Below, one piece after another: positions 47,740 to 56,281 of a stretch of 64,000 bases of DNA; position 1 is the first letter of the stretch; the number at the start of each line of letters is the position of its first letter. Source of the DNA: Candidatus Woesearchaeota archaeon (GTDB taxonomy: Archaea > Nanobdellota > Nanobdellia > Woesearchaeales > UBA9642); the NCBI GenBank assembly GCA_041658255.1, contig JBBAAQ010000008.1, forward strand, positions 3,442-67,441. The letters are read 5' to 3'. Position numbers and translations under genes: made by a program. The notes beneath the pieces were generated by a model. It was not told the origin of the DNA. It saw only the letters and a list, made by a program, of their open reading frames with translations, and made no database searches.

Positions 47740-48390
47740 TTACATCTGCTCCAATAGTTTTGGAAGTTCAGTAAGTGAAGTAATCCTGTTCGGGTAATCA
47801 GAATTCTTATTTTTCCGGTCAATAAGGATTCCTTTGATGCCAAAGTCCTCTGCACTTTGCACATCTAAACGTAACGAATCTCCGACCATAATGACTTCAT
47901 CTTTAGAGACACTGAGTTTTTCGAGTGCGATTTCATAGATACGCGGGTCGGGTTTTTGCATACCGACTTCGTATGAGAGAATAATTTCATCAACGAGTTC
48001 ATAGAGGGGAAATTTCTCAAATATCTGTTTCATTGATATATTAGTGGTATTACTCAAGATTGCAATCTTATATCTCTTTTTTAATTCTTGCAATACGGCA
48101 ATCGTTTCCGGAAATGCATATTTTCTTACTGTTCCATTCTTTTTAAAAATTTCACAGAGTTCATGAATAAGTCCTTCGTTCACATCAACTCCGATATTTT
48201 TCGTAAATTCATGCATGGTCTGTTCAATATGTGTAATGGGGTGTGCCATGAATGTTTCACTAAATACAGTATAGAATTCTGGATTGCGATATGTTCTTCC
48301 TAATTTTGTCGCGAATTCTTCAAAGGGGAGTGTTGTTGCATCTGACTCGAATAATGTCCCCCATAAATCGAAAATAATCGCTTTAATCAT
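47740..48390 (-). CDS. HAD-superfamily hydrolase
   Basis: IIFDLWGTLF (motif I) and MVGDSLRLDV (motif IV). Confidence 0.75.
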   Translation of the reverse strand: MIKAIIFDLWGTLFESDATTLPFEEFATKLGRTYRNPEFYTVFSETFMAHPITHIEQTMHEFTKNIGVDVNEGLIHELCEIFKKNGTVRKYAFPETIAVLQELKKRYKIAILSNTTNISMKQIFEKFPLYELVDEIILSYEVGMQKPDPRIYEIALEKLSVSKDEVIMVGDSLRLDVQSAEDFGIKGILIDRKNKNSDYPNRITSLTELPKLLEQM

Positions 48391-48638
48391 TTGAGAATTG
48401 CATTCATCTCTTCAAGTGTTGGCGAAACGCCATTCCATTCCTTAACGACATTCTTTTCTTCATCAAGAACTACGACCGAAGGAGTCGCCATGACACCATA
48501 ATCAAGTGCTTCAGCAAGTCCGTCTGCAGTTTGGATATCATGATATTCAACCATCGTCTTATGCTCGACTTGTGAAATCACCTTCTTTGCTGCTGGGCAC
48601 TTCGGACAGCTTGGTTGGATAAACACTTTAATGATCAT
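48387..48638 (-). CDS. Thioredoxin/glutaredoxin-like small redox protein
   Basis: IKVFIQPSCPKCPAAKKV (CxxC) and ATPSVVV. An ATGA overlap links it to the HAD gene. Confidence 0.7.
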   Translation of the reverse strand: MIIKVFIQPSCPKCPAAKKVISQVEHKTMVEYHDIQTADGLAEALDYGVMATPSVVVLDEEKNVVKEWNGVSPTLEEMNAILK

Positions 48639-48842
48639 TGCATTCACCTATTTTGAATCTAATCTTCATCAATAACCCCTGCCATCCTTATAATCATATA
48701 CTATCTAAAAATATATTCTCATCATTAAAAAAATACTGTGACTATAGTAAATCGCTTTAATTTTCGGATAACAAAAAACGCTTTGCGTTTTAGGTTTTCG
48801 GGAATCTTTGATTTCCTAAATATCTAAAAGCGATTTACTATC

Positions 48843-48886
48843 TAGCAAATAACATCGCAGTATCCGAATATTAATGTTATTTGCTA
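48843..48886 (-). terminator. 13-bp-stem hairpin 13 nt downstream of the nrdD C-terminal ORF
   Basis: tagcaaataacat-N18-atgttatttgcta. Confidence 0.3.
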
Positions 48887-48898
48887 TAATAACACCAG

Positions 48899-49066
48899 TT
48901 ATTTAGGGCGTCCGCAATCGTCCTCAACTTCATAATTTCCTTTCTGTCGGCTTTTGAATTCTGCTTTCTTTGATTTATTCCAATTATTGATTCGGGAAAA
49001 GTACCCGACTACGCGGCTGACACCATACACATTCTTGCTTCCACACTGCTTACATTTTGCTCCCAT
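48899..49066 (-). CDS. nrdD: Separate 55-aa ORF encoding the NrdD second CxxC pair and glycyl-radical motif
   Basis: Not in the track because it is under 60 aa. Manual translation gives MGAKCKQCGSKNVYGVSRVVGYFSRINNWNKSKKAEFKSRQKGNYEVEDDCGRPK*. RVVGYF...NWNK.K..EF..R is the conserved class III RNR glycyl-radical C-terminus. Confidence 0.75.
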   Translation of the reverse strand: MGAKCKQCGSKNVYGVSRVVGYFSRINNWNKSKKAEFKSRQKGNYEVEDDCGRPK

Positions 49067-49139
49067 GACTGCACCTCATCATTTGAATATGACTTACTGT
49101 TACCATCGCTCGCATTCTTATTTTAATATTGTTGCTGTC

Positions 49140-49254
49140 GTTCGTGTTTGCGATTACTGTCGCTCGCATTTGATACATGTTTTTGAATGAAAAACGTACC
49201 ACTTGCAATCCTGTCCGTTTTTCTTGATTGTGCGTTTGTTGATGCTCGCATCTT
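49140..49254 (-). repeat. Repeat-family member inside the nrdD gap; contains a 42-codon ORF at 49123-49251
   Basis: See the entry for 40930-41075. There is an 8-bp hairpin stem, gaaaaacg/cgtttttc. Confidence 0.6.
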
Positions 49255-49287
49255 GACAGTAATCGTACAGTACACTACTAATTTTTC

Positions 49288-51771
49288 TTAATCCCGATCG
49301 TACCCTCTGGTTACTGAATGGCAATCCTCGCATACAGTAAATTCTGGACTAATCGTTATTTGTGCTGAAACAGTATTTGTCCAAGTCTTCTTTACAAGTT
49401 CATAAATCGCTTTTGGGCTTGGGGTTTTTTCACCTGCAAATACGTGGGTGATTGCTCCTGCTTCAATGATGGGATTGAACTTGGCCTGCTTCTCAATGCG
49501 TTCCATAATATCTACTGGCGCGTCTGCTGCTAAGTGGATGCTATTGGTATAATAGACTTCTCCTTTACTGATGTCTCCGCGTACAAAGTCGCGGCTTTCA
49601 GGATATTCCTGCAAATCAACTTTTGCAAATCGTAGGGATGTTGATTCTCCGGGTGTTTCTTCAAGGACGAGTTTGAGGCTGTGCTGTTCTTCAAGTTGTT
49701 TAGCTTTAAGATACATGCTTGATGCAATCTTTAATCCTAATCGATATGCCTGGTCTGATTCATGAAGTGCCTTACCTGTTAAATATTTAACACATTCATT
49801 AAGTCCAATCATTCCAATAATATAACTTGCATCATTCAAATCAACATAAGGTCTTCCATCATGCGCTTTCATCCCAATCTGCCATAGCGGAGTTCCTGGT
49901 TGGTTACTGATTTTTGTGATGAATGCCTTCTTTTGGAGATGTGCTTTCATGGCAAGATCCATTGTTTTTTTGATTTCTTCAATTGTTCCTTCAACAGTTT
50001 TTCCACGGTATGCTGCCTGTGGAAGATTAATTGTTACATTCTGGAATCCGCAGAAACGTAAACTTTCAGGATGCAATAAGAGATAATTATCTGTTATTTT
50101 AGTTCTTAACCTACAACATGCAGAAAGTGTTGCCTTATCGCGATCAAACACAAAATACGGGCTCCCATTGTCTGAAGCGATCTTACACGCATATTCTAAT
50201 AATTCGCGTTGGCTCAAATCATCAAAAGAATCTTGATCAACATGAAGGTCCATCTTTGGGAATGCAAACATTTTACCCTCACTATCCCCCTTATGCCATA
50301 TTTCCATTAATGCCCGGCAAAATTCTTGCGCCTCTTTTTTGAAATCTTGATACACTAAAATTTTTCCCTCTTTAGGATTGAGCTGTTTAAGGGTATCATC
50401 AGGATTACGGGGGATTTCATCAACATAATCAATTGTTCCATTGACTCGTTTAATCATATATTTGCCGCCAGGACCGATTGCAGGAATATTTTGCATATAT
50501 TCGGGAATGCCCATGTGGATGTTGAAATCAATGAAGAGTGTCTGCCCCCCGCGACTGAACGCATTCTGCGAGCAACTAAAGATTAAGAATTGTGCTTCTT
50601 GTTTAATCTGTTTCTCACTTAATCCAACAAGAAGTGGTGCGTAAAAAATGTTGAGATATGCAAGACCTAAAGCGCCCGCATAGTATGCTTGTATTGATGC
50701 AAGAAATGTATTCAAATGACTTGTTAATGTATCTGCATGTTTGGCTGGTGTTGAACCGCTATTAAGATTGTTCAGTTTGAGACCATATTTTTTAATATAT
50801 TCAGGTGAATGTGCTGAGCAGTAGACGCGGATAATATGCCCTAAATCATGGAGGTGTAGCGCTGCTTTGAGATGCGCTTCAGCAACATCTTTACTAAAAA
50901 CTTCCTTGAGTGCATATTGTTTAAGTACTAATTCAGCTATTGCAAGATTTACCGCTTCAGGATTATTATTGACAACATTACTATCCTCATTATTTTTAGA
51001 AAAGATGACTTGGTTAAGGTTATACACACTGATGCCCATGATTTCCTGTTTTTCAAGTTTTTTTGTGTATCCGCGTTCAAAGAGTTCATTATTTACAAGT
51101 TCGCGAAGTAGTGATACTGAGATTGTCTTGACACCTGATTTCATGACCTTTTTTTCAATACATGATGCGATTTGTTCTGATTCCTCCTTTTCGAGTTTGA
51201 TCTCTTTTATGAGTGCATCGACAATGCGCTGGCGATTCCACTCATTAATCGTTCCTTTGACTGGTGTTGATACGAGAAGATTAAAATCAGTAGTGTCCTG
51301 ACCGCTTCCTTGTTGGTCATGAGATACAATTCTAAGATTTTTGAGTTCATGCTCAAACTCATCTAGATCCTTAAACTGGCGATAGACTGATGCAAACCTA
51401 ATATATGCAATCTCATCAAGTGCCTTAAGATGTTTCATGATAATATCGCCAATAATCGTACTCTTTATTTCATTAGTCTCTTGATTGTAGACATCTGCTT
51501 CAACTTCAGAAACAACTGCTTCAATGCGTTGAGAACTAATAGGTCGTTTCTCGCATGCTTTAACGATGCCTTTAAGAATCTTATCGCGGGTGAATGGTTC
51601 ACGTCTCCCGTCTTTTTTAATGACTTGGACTTCAACCATCTCAATAGTCTCATAAGTAGTGAATCGTTTACCACATTTGAGACATTCTCTTCTACGCCTA
51701 TTCGTATCATCATCAGAGACACGTTTATCAACAACTTTAATTTCAGAACTTGAACAAAATGGGCATTTCAT
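49288..51771 (-). CDS. nrdD: NrdR-NrdD fusion: a complete NrdR (Zn ribbon plus ATP-cone) fused to a class III ribonucleotide reductase body that lacks the glycyl-radical C-terminus
   Basis: The N-terminus reads MKCPFCSSSEIKVVDKRVSDDDTNRRRRECLKCGKRFTTYE...KRPISSQRIEAVV...LDEIAYIRFASVYRQFKDLDEF, collinear with bacterial NrdR. The NrdD body follows. The ORF ends in FTVCEDCHSVTRGYDRD*, after only the first CxxC pair. Confidence 0.85.
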   Translation of the reverse strand: MKCPFCSSSEIKVVDKRVSDDDTNRRRRECLKCGKRFTTYETIEMVEVQVIKKDGRREPFTRDKILKGIVKACEKRPISSQRIEAVVSEVEADVYNQETNEIKSTIIGDIIMKHLKALDEIAYIRFASVYRQFKDLDEFEHELKNLRIVSHDQQGSGQDTTDFNLLVSTPVKGTINEWNRQRIVDALIKEIKLEKEESEQIASCIEKKVMKSGVKTISVSLLRELVNNELFERGYTKKLEKQEIMGISVYNLNQVIFSKNNEDSNVVNNNPEAVNLAIAELVLKQYALKEVFSKDVAEAHLKAALHLHDLGHIIRVYCSAHSPEYIKKYGLKLNNLNSGSTPAKHADTLTSHLNTFLASIQAYYAGALGLAYLNIFYAPLLVGLSEKQIKQEAQFLIFSCSQNAFSRGGQTLFIDFNIHMGIPEYMQNIPAIGPGGKYMIKRVNGTIDYVDEIPRNPDDTLKQLNPKEGKILVYQDFKKEAQEFCRALMEIWHKGDSEGKMFAFPKMDLHVDQDSFDDLSQRELLEYACKIASDNGSPYFVFDRDKATLSACCRLRTKITDNYLLLHPESLRFCGFQNVTINLPQAAYRGKTVEGTIEEIKKTMDLAMKAHLQKKAFITKISNQPGTPLWQIGMKAHDGRPYVDLNDASYIIGMIGLNECVKYLTGKALHESDQAYRLGLKIASSMYLKAKQLEEQHSLKLVLEETPGESTSLRFAKVDLQEYPESRDFVRGDISKGEVYYTNSIHLAADAPVDIMERIEKQAKFNPIIEAGAITHVFAGEKTPSPKAIYELVKKTWTNTVSAQITISPEFTVCEDCHSVTRGYDRD

Positions 51772-51791
51772 GTTTACCAAACTCCGATAAC

Positions 51792-51807
51792 GCAGTCTAT
51801 ATTGTGA
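51792..51807 (-). promoter_or_regulatory. NrdR-box-like site (11/16 match)
   Basis: In gene orientation it reads TCACAATATAGACTGC, against the consensus ACACAATATATTGTGT. It lies 21-36 bp upstream of the nrdD ATG. Confidence 0.4.
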
Positions 51808-51856
51808 ATTTTAATTGTTTTGGGCCCAATATGTAGTATTCTTCTAAAATTTTTAG

Positions 51857-51872
51857 GCACCAGATATTGTGT
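51857..51872 (-). promoter_or_regulatory. NrdR-box-like site (13/16 match)
   Basis: In gene orientation it reads ACACAATATCTGGTGC. Its centre is 65 bp from the proximal box, about twice the spacing I recall for tandem NrdR boxes (~31-32 bp). Confidence 0.5.
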
Positions 51873-51906
51873 ATTCTTTTTTGAACTAAGATTCTTTTGG
51901 TTCCTA

Positions 51907-51928
51907 GTTATATATAAATATTGTTGTA
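51907..51928. promoter_or_regulatory. 22-bp motif GTTATATATAAATATTGTTGTA shared by both RNR upstream regions
   Basis: It is identical at 51907-51928 and 55415-55436. It contains a TATA-like core and an ACAACAATAT half-site in gene orientation. Confidence 0.5.
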
Positions 51929-52175
51929 CTTAGATATGGGTGTTATAAGAAATATGACCAAAAATGAATAAAGAAAAAGAAATACTGCATATGTTATTGT
52001 TTATTTGCTGAGTAGGCTCACACAGCATATCTTCTCGCACGCCAAACCGAGTTATATTCACTTTGTTCATATTTGTTCACTAACGTTCTCAACCCTCTCT
52101 GAGGTTTCCCTACGGGATATTTGTAATCGCATATTACATAGAAGGTTCGTAAGCAGCTCAGTAAATACCTCGCTT

Positions 52176-55100
52176 TTATAATCCGCACCCACCATTTTTA
52201 TTTCCACAACCAGGACAGGAATAACAATTAGGTGTTGTTCGATCCATTGCGCTACCGCATTCATTACACATGACTCCGCGATCATTGGTTAATTCAGATT
52301 TTTTGAATCCATTTGATTTTTTTCCGTTAGTGCCGTTAGTGTTTTCTTTAGTACCTGTAACAAATCCTCCAAAAATCGAGTCATTGATGACTTCTTCAAA
52401 ATTCCAGTCATTAATATGCCGCCGAGCATAGGTCTGAATTGCGCCATTCTTTGTTCCGCGTAGTTTGTTAATATCCACTGTTGAAGGATCATTAGCAATG
52501 TCAACATCACCAAGATATTCAAGTCGTAAGAGTTTTCCTGCAAAATCAAGCGGTGAAAGCGCGGTTTTAATATAGGAGTGGTCAAAGACTAATCCTTTTG
52601 GTTCGAATTCATCACCAATCCATCCTTTTAAGACATCTTCAAGTTCAACGCCACGTTTCAAAGATGCTGATGCTTGAATCCCTGCCTGTCGAAGCATTGC
52701 TCCTAATGTAGATCCCCCTTTATAGGATTCAATAACAATCTGACCAATACGTCCGTCTGGATATTCGCCTGTGATAAAATGAAATTTAGTGCCTCCGATT
52801 TTAACTTCATATTCATGCCCGGGTCTGTCTGGTGGGAGATCCTCTTTTTCTCCGCGCTTTAACGCAATCATCCTCTTATCTCCAAAGCTGAGTGCGCTAA
52901 TAGGTTTGCTATCATCACGAAAGATTGCAATTGCCTTTAATCCCAGTTTATAACTAAGAAGATATGCATCATAGATATTTTTAACTGTAGCTGATTTTGG
53001 AAAATTACTCGTTTTCGAAATAGCACCCGAGATAAACGGTTGTGCTGCAGCAAGCATACGTACATGACCCTCAAACGGCATTGCTCCTAAACCATCTACA
53101 TTACCAGTAGCTGTCTCGAAAATTTTGTAATGTTCTGGATTCATGTGTGGAGCGCCTACAACAGTGCTGCGTGCAACTCTGGGTCGGATCTCTTCAGTAA
53201 TATATTTATTGATCTCACTAATTTGCGCTTCAGTATATCTCAGATTATGCAATGCATTTGGTACCTCATTATTTACCAGTGTTAATGTCCCTCCTCCTGC
53301 AAGGTTTTTAAAAATACTTAGTGAGTAGGATGGCTCAATACCTGTAGTATCGCAACCCATCAAGAAGGATATTGTACCTGTCGGGGCAATGACACTTGCT
53401 TGACCATTCCGGAATCCATATCTTCGACCGTTATTTACTACCTTATTCCAGGTGTGGTATACTTCGTCCTTTAATGCAGGATCAATATGTTCCCACTGAA
53501 TTTCATCAAGATTTTTCTGATGTTTTTTAATAACTTCACGCATAGGTTTACGATTAAATTCATAATGGGTGAATGTTCCACGTGCTTTTGCTAATTCAGT
53601 TGATTCTTCATATACTGCGCCTGTCATGAGCGCAGTAACTGCGCCTGCAAATGCGCGCCCTTCATCAGAATCATACGCAACTCCTTTACGCATCAATAGT
53701 GCGCCGATATTTGCATAGCCGAGTCCAACATTACGGAATTCAGGACTAATTGCTGCAATATCTTTAACAGGGTATGATGATACATCATTGATAATATCTA
53801 ATGCAATCCCTGTTATCTTCGATCCGTGCTTAAAACTTTGATAATCGAAGTTTCCATTTTGATCGCTGAAACGAAGAAGATTGAGTGATGCAAGATTACA
53901 TGCAGTATCATCAATGAACATATATTCAGAGCAGGGATTACTGGAATTAATGTTTCCAGAATTCTTTGCAGTATGCATTTCCTGAGTTTTTGATTCATAT
54001 TGGACTCCAGGATCGCCGATGCGCCAGGTCCCGAATGCAATCTCTTGAAGCATGCGACGTGCAGCTATCTTTCCTACAACTTTTCCATCGGTTACTTGAT
54101 GGAATTCGACTATTCCGTCTTTTTCTACCTGATCAAAAAAATAGTCATCGAGCCGTATGGAAAGATTAGTGTTTTGGAGTGCGACTGTAGTGTACGCTTC
54201 ACCATCCATACCGCCACTATATCCATTTTGCATAAGGATGAGTGCTTTATGGTCTTCGCGTACTTTTCGGCGGATGAATTCTAAACTGTCAGGATGATGA
54301 TACCTTGTGGTGGTCATGCGCGCAGCGCGTCTAGTCTTCCCGCCGGATTTTATTGTTCCCGCAGCATGATCATAGCTTACAAGAAAACTCATACTACCCG
54401 AAGATACTCCGCCACTTGATAAGGGTTCGCCCTCTCCGCGCAAACGATCAATACCTTGACCAACGCCTGATCCTGACTTAAAAATCATAGCCTCATTCTT
54501 ATGATGTTCAGCAATACTTTCAATATCATCATGAGGGCCAGTGATAAAACAGGCATGACTTTGTGGTTTTATCCATGAACCTTTAGTGATTATTTGAACT
54601 TCACCTGTTTGTGAATCACGCCAGTACTGTTTTCCCCCGCTTCCTGCAATCCCATATTCATTATAGATTCCTGCATTGAATTGGACTGGCGAGTTGAATG
54701 CCATCTTTCGATTAATTTGAAGCCATTTGAGTTCGTCTTTGAATGCTTCTTTGTCTGTAGAAGTCTTGAAATATCCTAATTTTTCTCCCTCATCTGCAAT
54801 AAAATTTGTGACTCGGGTGATGAGATGAGTAATGGATTGTTCGTAAGGTTTTCCAATCTTTTCTTGTATCTTTTCTTGCCACTCAGGTTTTCGAGGTTTA
54901 AACAGATAACGATGTGCGACAATCGTGACATCATTATCACCCCAACTTTCTGGAAAGAGTGCATCATCCATATGAAATACTGTTCTTCCTTTATTATCAG
55001 TAATTGTGACTGCACGTTCAGTATAAGGTCCAACTGTGTCAAATGGATCAATTTTTCCATCAGTAAAATACCGTTTGATCTCTATACCTTCACCTTTTTT

Positions 55101-55337
55101 CGATTCATGATATACCCGCCCGATATCTAATCGATCAAGATATTGCGCGTTATTAAATTGGTGGACAGTAATATTCTTTTTATTTATTGCATTAACTAAT
55201 TTTTCTAATGGGAGATTCTTATCTTTTTGACTTTTGATGAGGTCATATGCTGCTTCAAGCGGGATATGTCGTTCTTTATCGTACGTATCTAAGCTTGTTT
55301 TAGAATAAATTGCGCTTGTTTTATTAGCTTTCATCAT
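52176..55337 (-). CDS. nrdJ: Class II (adenosylcobalamin-dependent) ribonucleotide reductase
   Basis: The active-site region reads SSNPCSEYMFIDDTACNLASLNL. There is a C-terminal Cys-rich tail, CNECGSAMDRTTPNCYSCPGCGNKNGGCG. The ATG at 55337 is preferred over the GTG at 55358. Confidence 0.85.
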   Translation of the reverse strand: MMKANKTSAIYSKTSLDTYDKERHIPLEAAYDLIKSQKDKNLPLEKLVNAINKKNITVHQFNNAQYLDRLDIGRVYHESKKGEGIEIKRYFTDGKIDPFDTVGPYTERAVTITDNKGRTVFHMDDALFPESWGDNDVTIVAHRYLFKPRKPEWQEKIQEKIGKPYEQSITHLITRVTNFIADEGEKLGYFKTSTDKEAFKDELKWLQINRKMAFNSPVQFNAGIYNEYGIAGSGGKQYWRDSQTGEVQIITKGSWIKPQSHACFITGPHDDIESIAEHHKNEAMIFKSGSGVGQGIDRLRGEGEPLSSGGVSSGSMSFLVSYDHAAGTIKSGGKTRRAARMTTTRYHHPDSLEFIRRKVREDHKALILMQNGYSGGMDGEAYTTVALQNTNLSIRLDDYFFDQVEKDGIVEFHQVTDGKVVGKIAARRMLQEIAFGTWRIGDPGVQYESKTQEMHTAKNSGNINSSNPCSEYMFIDDTACNLASLNLLRFSDQNGNFDYQSFKHGSKITGIALDIINDVSSYPVKDIAAISPEFRNVGLGYANIGALLMRKGVAYDSDEGRAFAGAVTALMTGAVYEESTELAKARGTFTHYEFNRKPMREVIKKHQKNLDEIQWEHIDPALKDEVYHTWNKVVNNGRRYGFRNGQASVIAPTGTISFLMGCDTTGIEPSYSLSIFKNLAGGGTLTLVNNEVPNALHNLRYTEAQISEINKYITEEIRPRVARSTVVGAPHMNPEHYKIFETATGNVDGLGAMPFEGHVRMLAAAQPFISGAISKTSNFPKSATVKNIYDAYLLSYKLGLKAIAIFRDDSKPISALSFGDKRMIALKRGEKEDLPPDRPGHEYEVKIGGTKFHFITGEYPDGRIGQIVIESYKGGSTLGAMLRQAGIQASASLKRGVELEDVLKGWIGDEFEPKGLVFDHSYIKTALSPLDFAGKLLRLEYLGDVDIANDPSTVDINKLRGTKNGAIQTYARRHINDWNFEEVINDSIFGGFVTGTKENTNGTNGKKSNGFKKSELTNDRGVMCNECGSAMDRTTPNCYSCPGCGNKNGGCGL

Positions 55338-55354
55338 GTACACCCAACCCAAAA

Positions 55355-55370
55355 ACACAATATATTGTGT
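55355..55370. promoter_or_regulatory. Perfect 16-bp NrdR-box palindrome ACACAATATATTGTGT
   Basis: Read directly. It lies 18 bp upstream of the class II RNR ATG and just downstream of an AATATTTAAAAG TATA-like element. Confidence 0.7.
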
Positions 55371-55414
55371 GTGTCTTTTAAATATTACACCAAATACGGG
55401 ATTGTTGCTCTTAG

Positions 55415-55436
55415 GTTATATATAAATATTGTTGTA
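55415..55436. promoter_or_regulatory. Second copy of the shared 22-bp RNR upstream motif
   Basis: It is identical to 51907-51928. Confidence 0.5.
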
Positions 55437-55454
55437 GAAAAACCGCTAGGTTTC

Positions 55455-55470
55455 AAAGGATATATTGTGA
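55455..55470 (-). promoter_or_regulatory. NrdR-box-like site (12/16 match)
   Basis: In gene orientation it reads TCACAATATATCCTTT. Its centre is 100 bp from the perfect box. Confidence 0.35.
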
Positions 55471-55624
55471 TGTTTAGGCTCAGCAATAGGTTTTAAGTAC
55501 GAGATGTTGTGGTTATGAGGGTTATATCGGAAATCTATGAAAGATTGAGAAATATTTTAATTAGTTTCTTTTAAGTGGTAACAAGATAGAAACTTTTATA
55601 AATAAATACTTATTACCTTATAGA

Positions 55625-56281
55625 ATGAGTTCAAAATATGAATTTAGAATCGAATGCGGAAAATCTTGGCGAAGTTACAAGAAATTTCTCAAAGAGACTG
55701 TGCCTATAGTGTTAGAAGCTTGCAAAGGATCTGATTTAGAAGAACGGGTAACTGCATTTTATAGCTCAGCGCTTCCTCGACAGTGGGAAAATTCGATTAA
55801 TTTTTTATCACGAAATGAATCCCTTTCATATCAGAACGAATCTGAATACCATGATACTAATTTAGTAGTCAATAGAATTATGGCTAAGATTTGTTATTAT
55901 ACTGGAAAAGTTCCACTGTTGCGAAAAGTAATGAGATTAGGCACATTATCCACAGAATTATATCTTGGACAAGATATAAACACAAAACCAATGGCATATA
56001 TTTCAAATGAAGAGACCACCCACAAAGAAGGATTTGGTAATGATTGTATTTCAACAACAATAACTGATTTTAATAGGATTCCGAATTTTGACATTGATGT
56101 GGGATTTACAGATGGAGGAAAGAATTATTTTTTCAAAATAAACGCGCACACTGATTCTGCGCTAGTTGTAGCAAAGAAGGTGTATCAAGGCATCAAGGCT
56201 AATTTTGATCAAAAACGTAGGAACTATGCAGAGACACAATCTGAAAACAGGGCAGTATTACAGTTGTTCCAGAACCGATAA
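55625..56281 (+). CDS. Hypothetical protein
   Basis: A 218-aa ORF. TATA ttttataaata lies ~30 bp upstream. Confidence 0.4.
   Translation: MSSKYEFRIECGKSWRSYKKFLKETVPIVLEACKGSDLEERVTAFYSSALPRQWENSINFLSRNESLSYQNESEYHDTNLVVNRIMAKICYYTGKVPLLRKVMRLGTLSTELYLGQDINTKPMAYISNEETTHKEGFGNDCISTTITDFNRIPNFDIDVGFTDGGKNYFFKINAHTDSALVVAKKVYQGIKANFDQKRRNYAETQSENRAVLQLFQNR

Noticed and set aside
48954-49190. A 78-aa plus-strand ORF across the nrdD gap.
   Set aside because: It runs antisense to the NrdD C-terminal ORF, which has a clear family match. It has no motif and an odd His/Cys/Tyr-rich composition.
49067-49290. Stop-codon read-through or a simple frameshift joining the two nrdD parts.
   Set aside because: The downstream ORF is in a different frame. 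The nrdD frame meets a second TAA at 49125-49123 inside the gap, so read-through alone cannot reach the glycyl-radical segment.
37694-52061. A 16-bp exact match, ccgagttatattcact, at 37694 and 52046, with nearby cttctcgcac at both sites. It could be a further relic of the cassette boundary element downstream of the class II RNR.
   Set aside because: A single 16-mer match in 64 kb of AT-rich DNA is close to chance expectation. The flanking similarity is rearranged and weak. It is noted but not claimed.
49288-55337. Inteins as the explanation for the long NrdD (827 aa) and class II RNR (1053 aa).
   Set aside because: I saw no intein-like block and no homing-endonuclease motifs. The extra NrdD length is accounted for by the NrdR fusion. 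The class II length is within the range of monomeric B12 enzymes with a Cys-rich tail.
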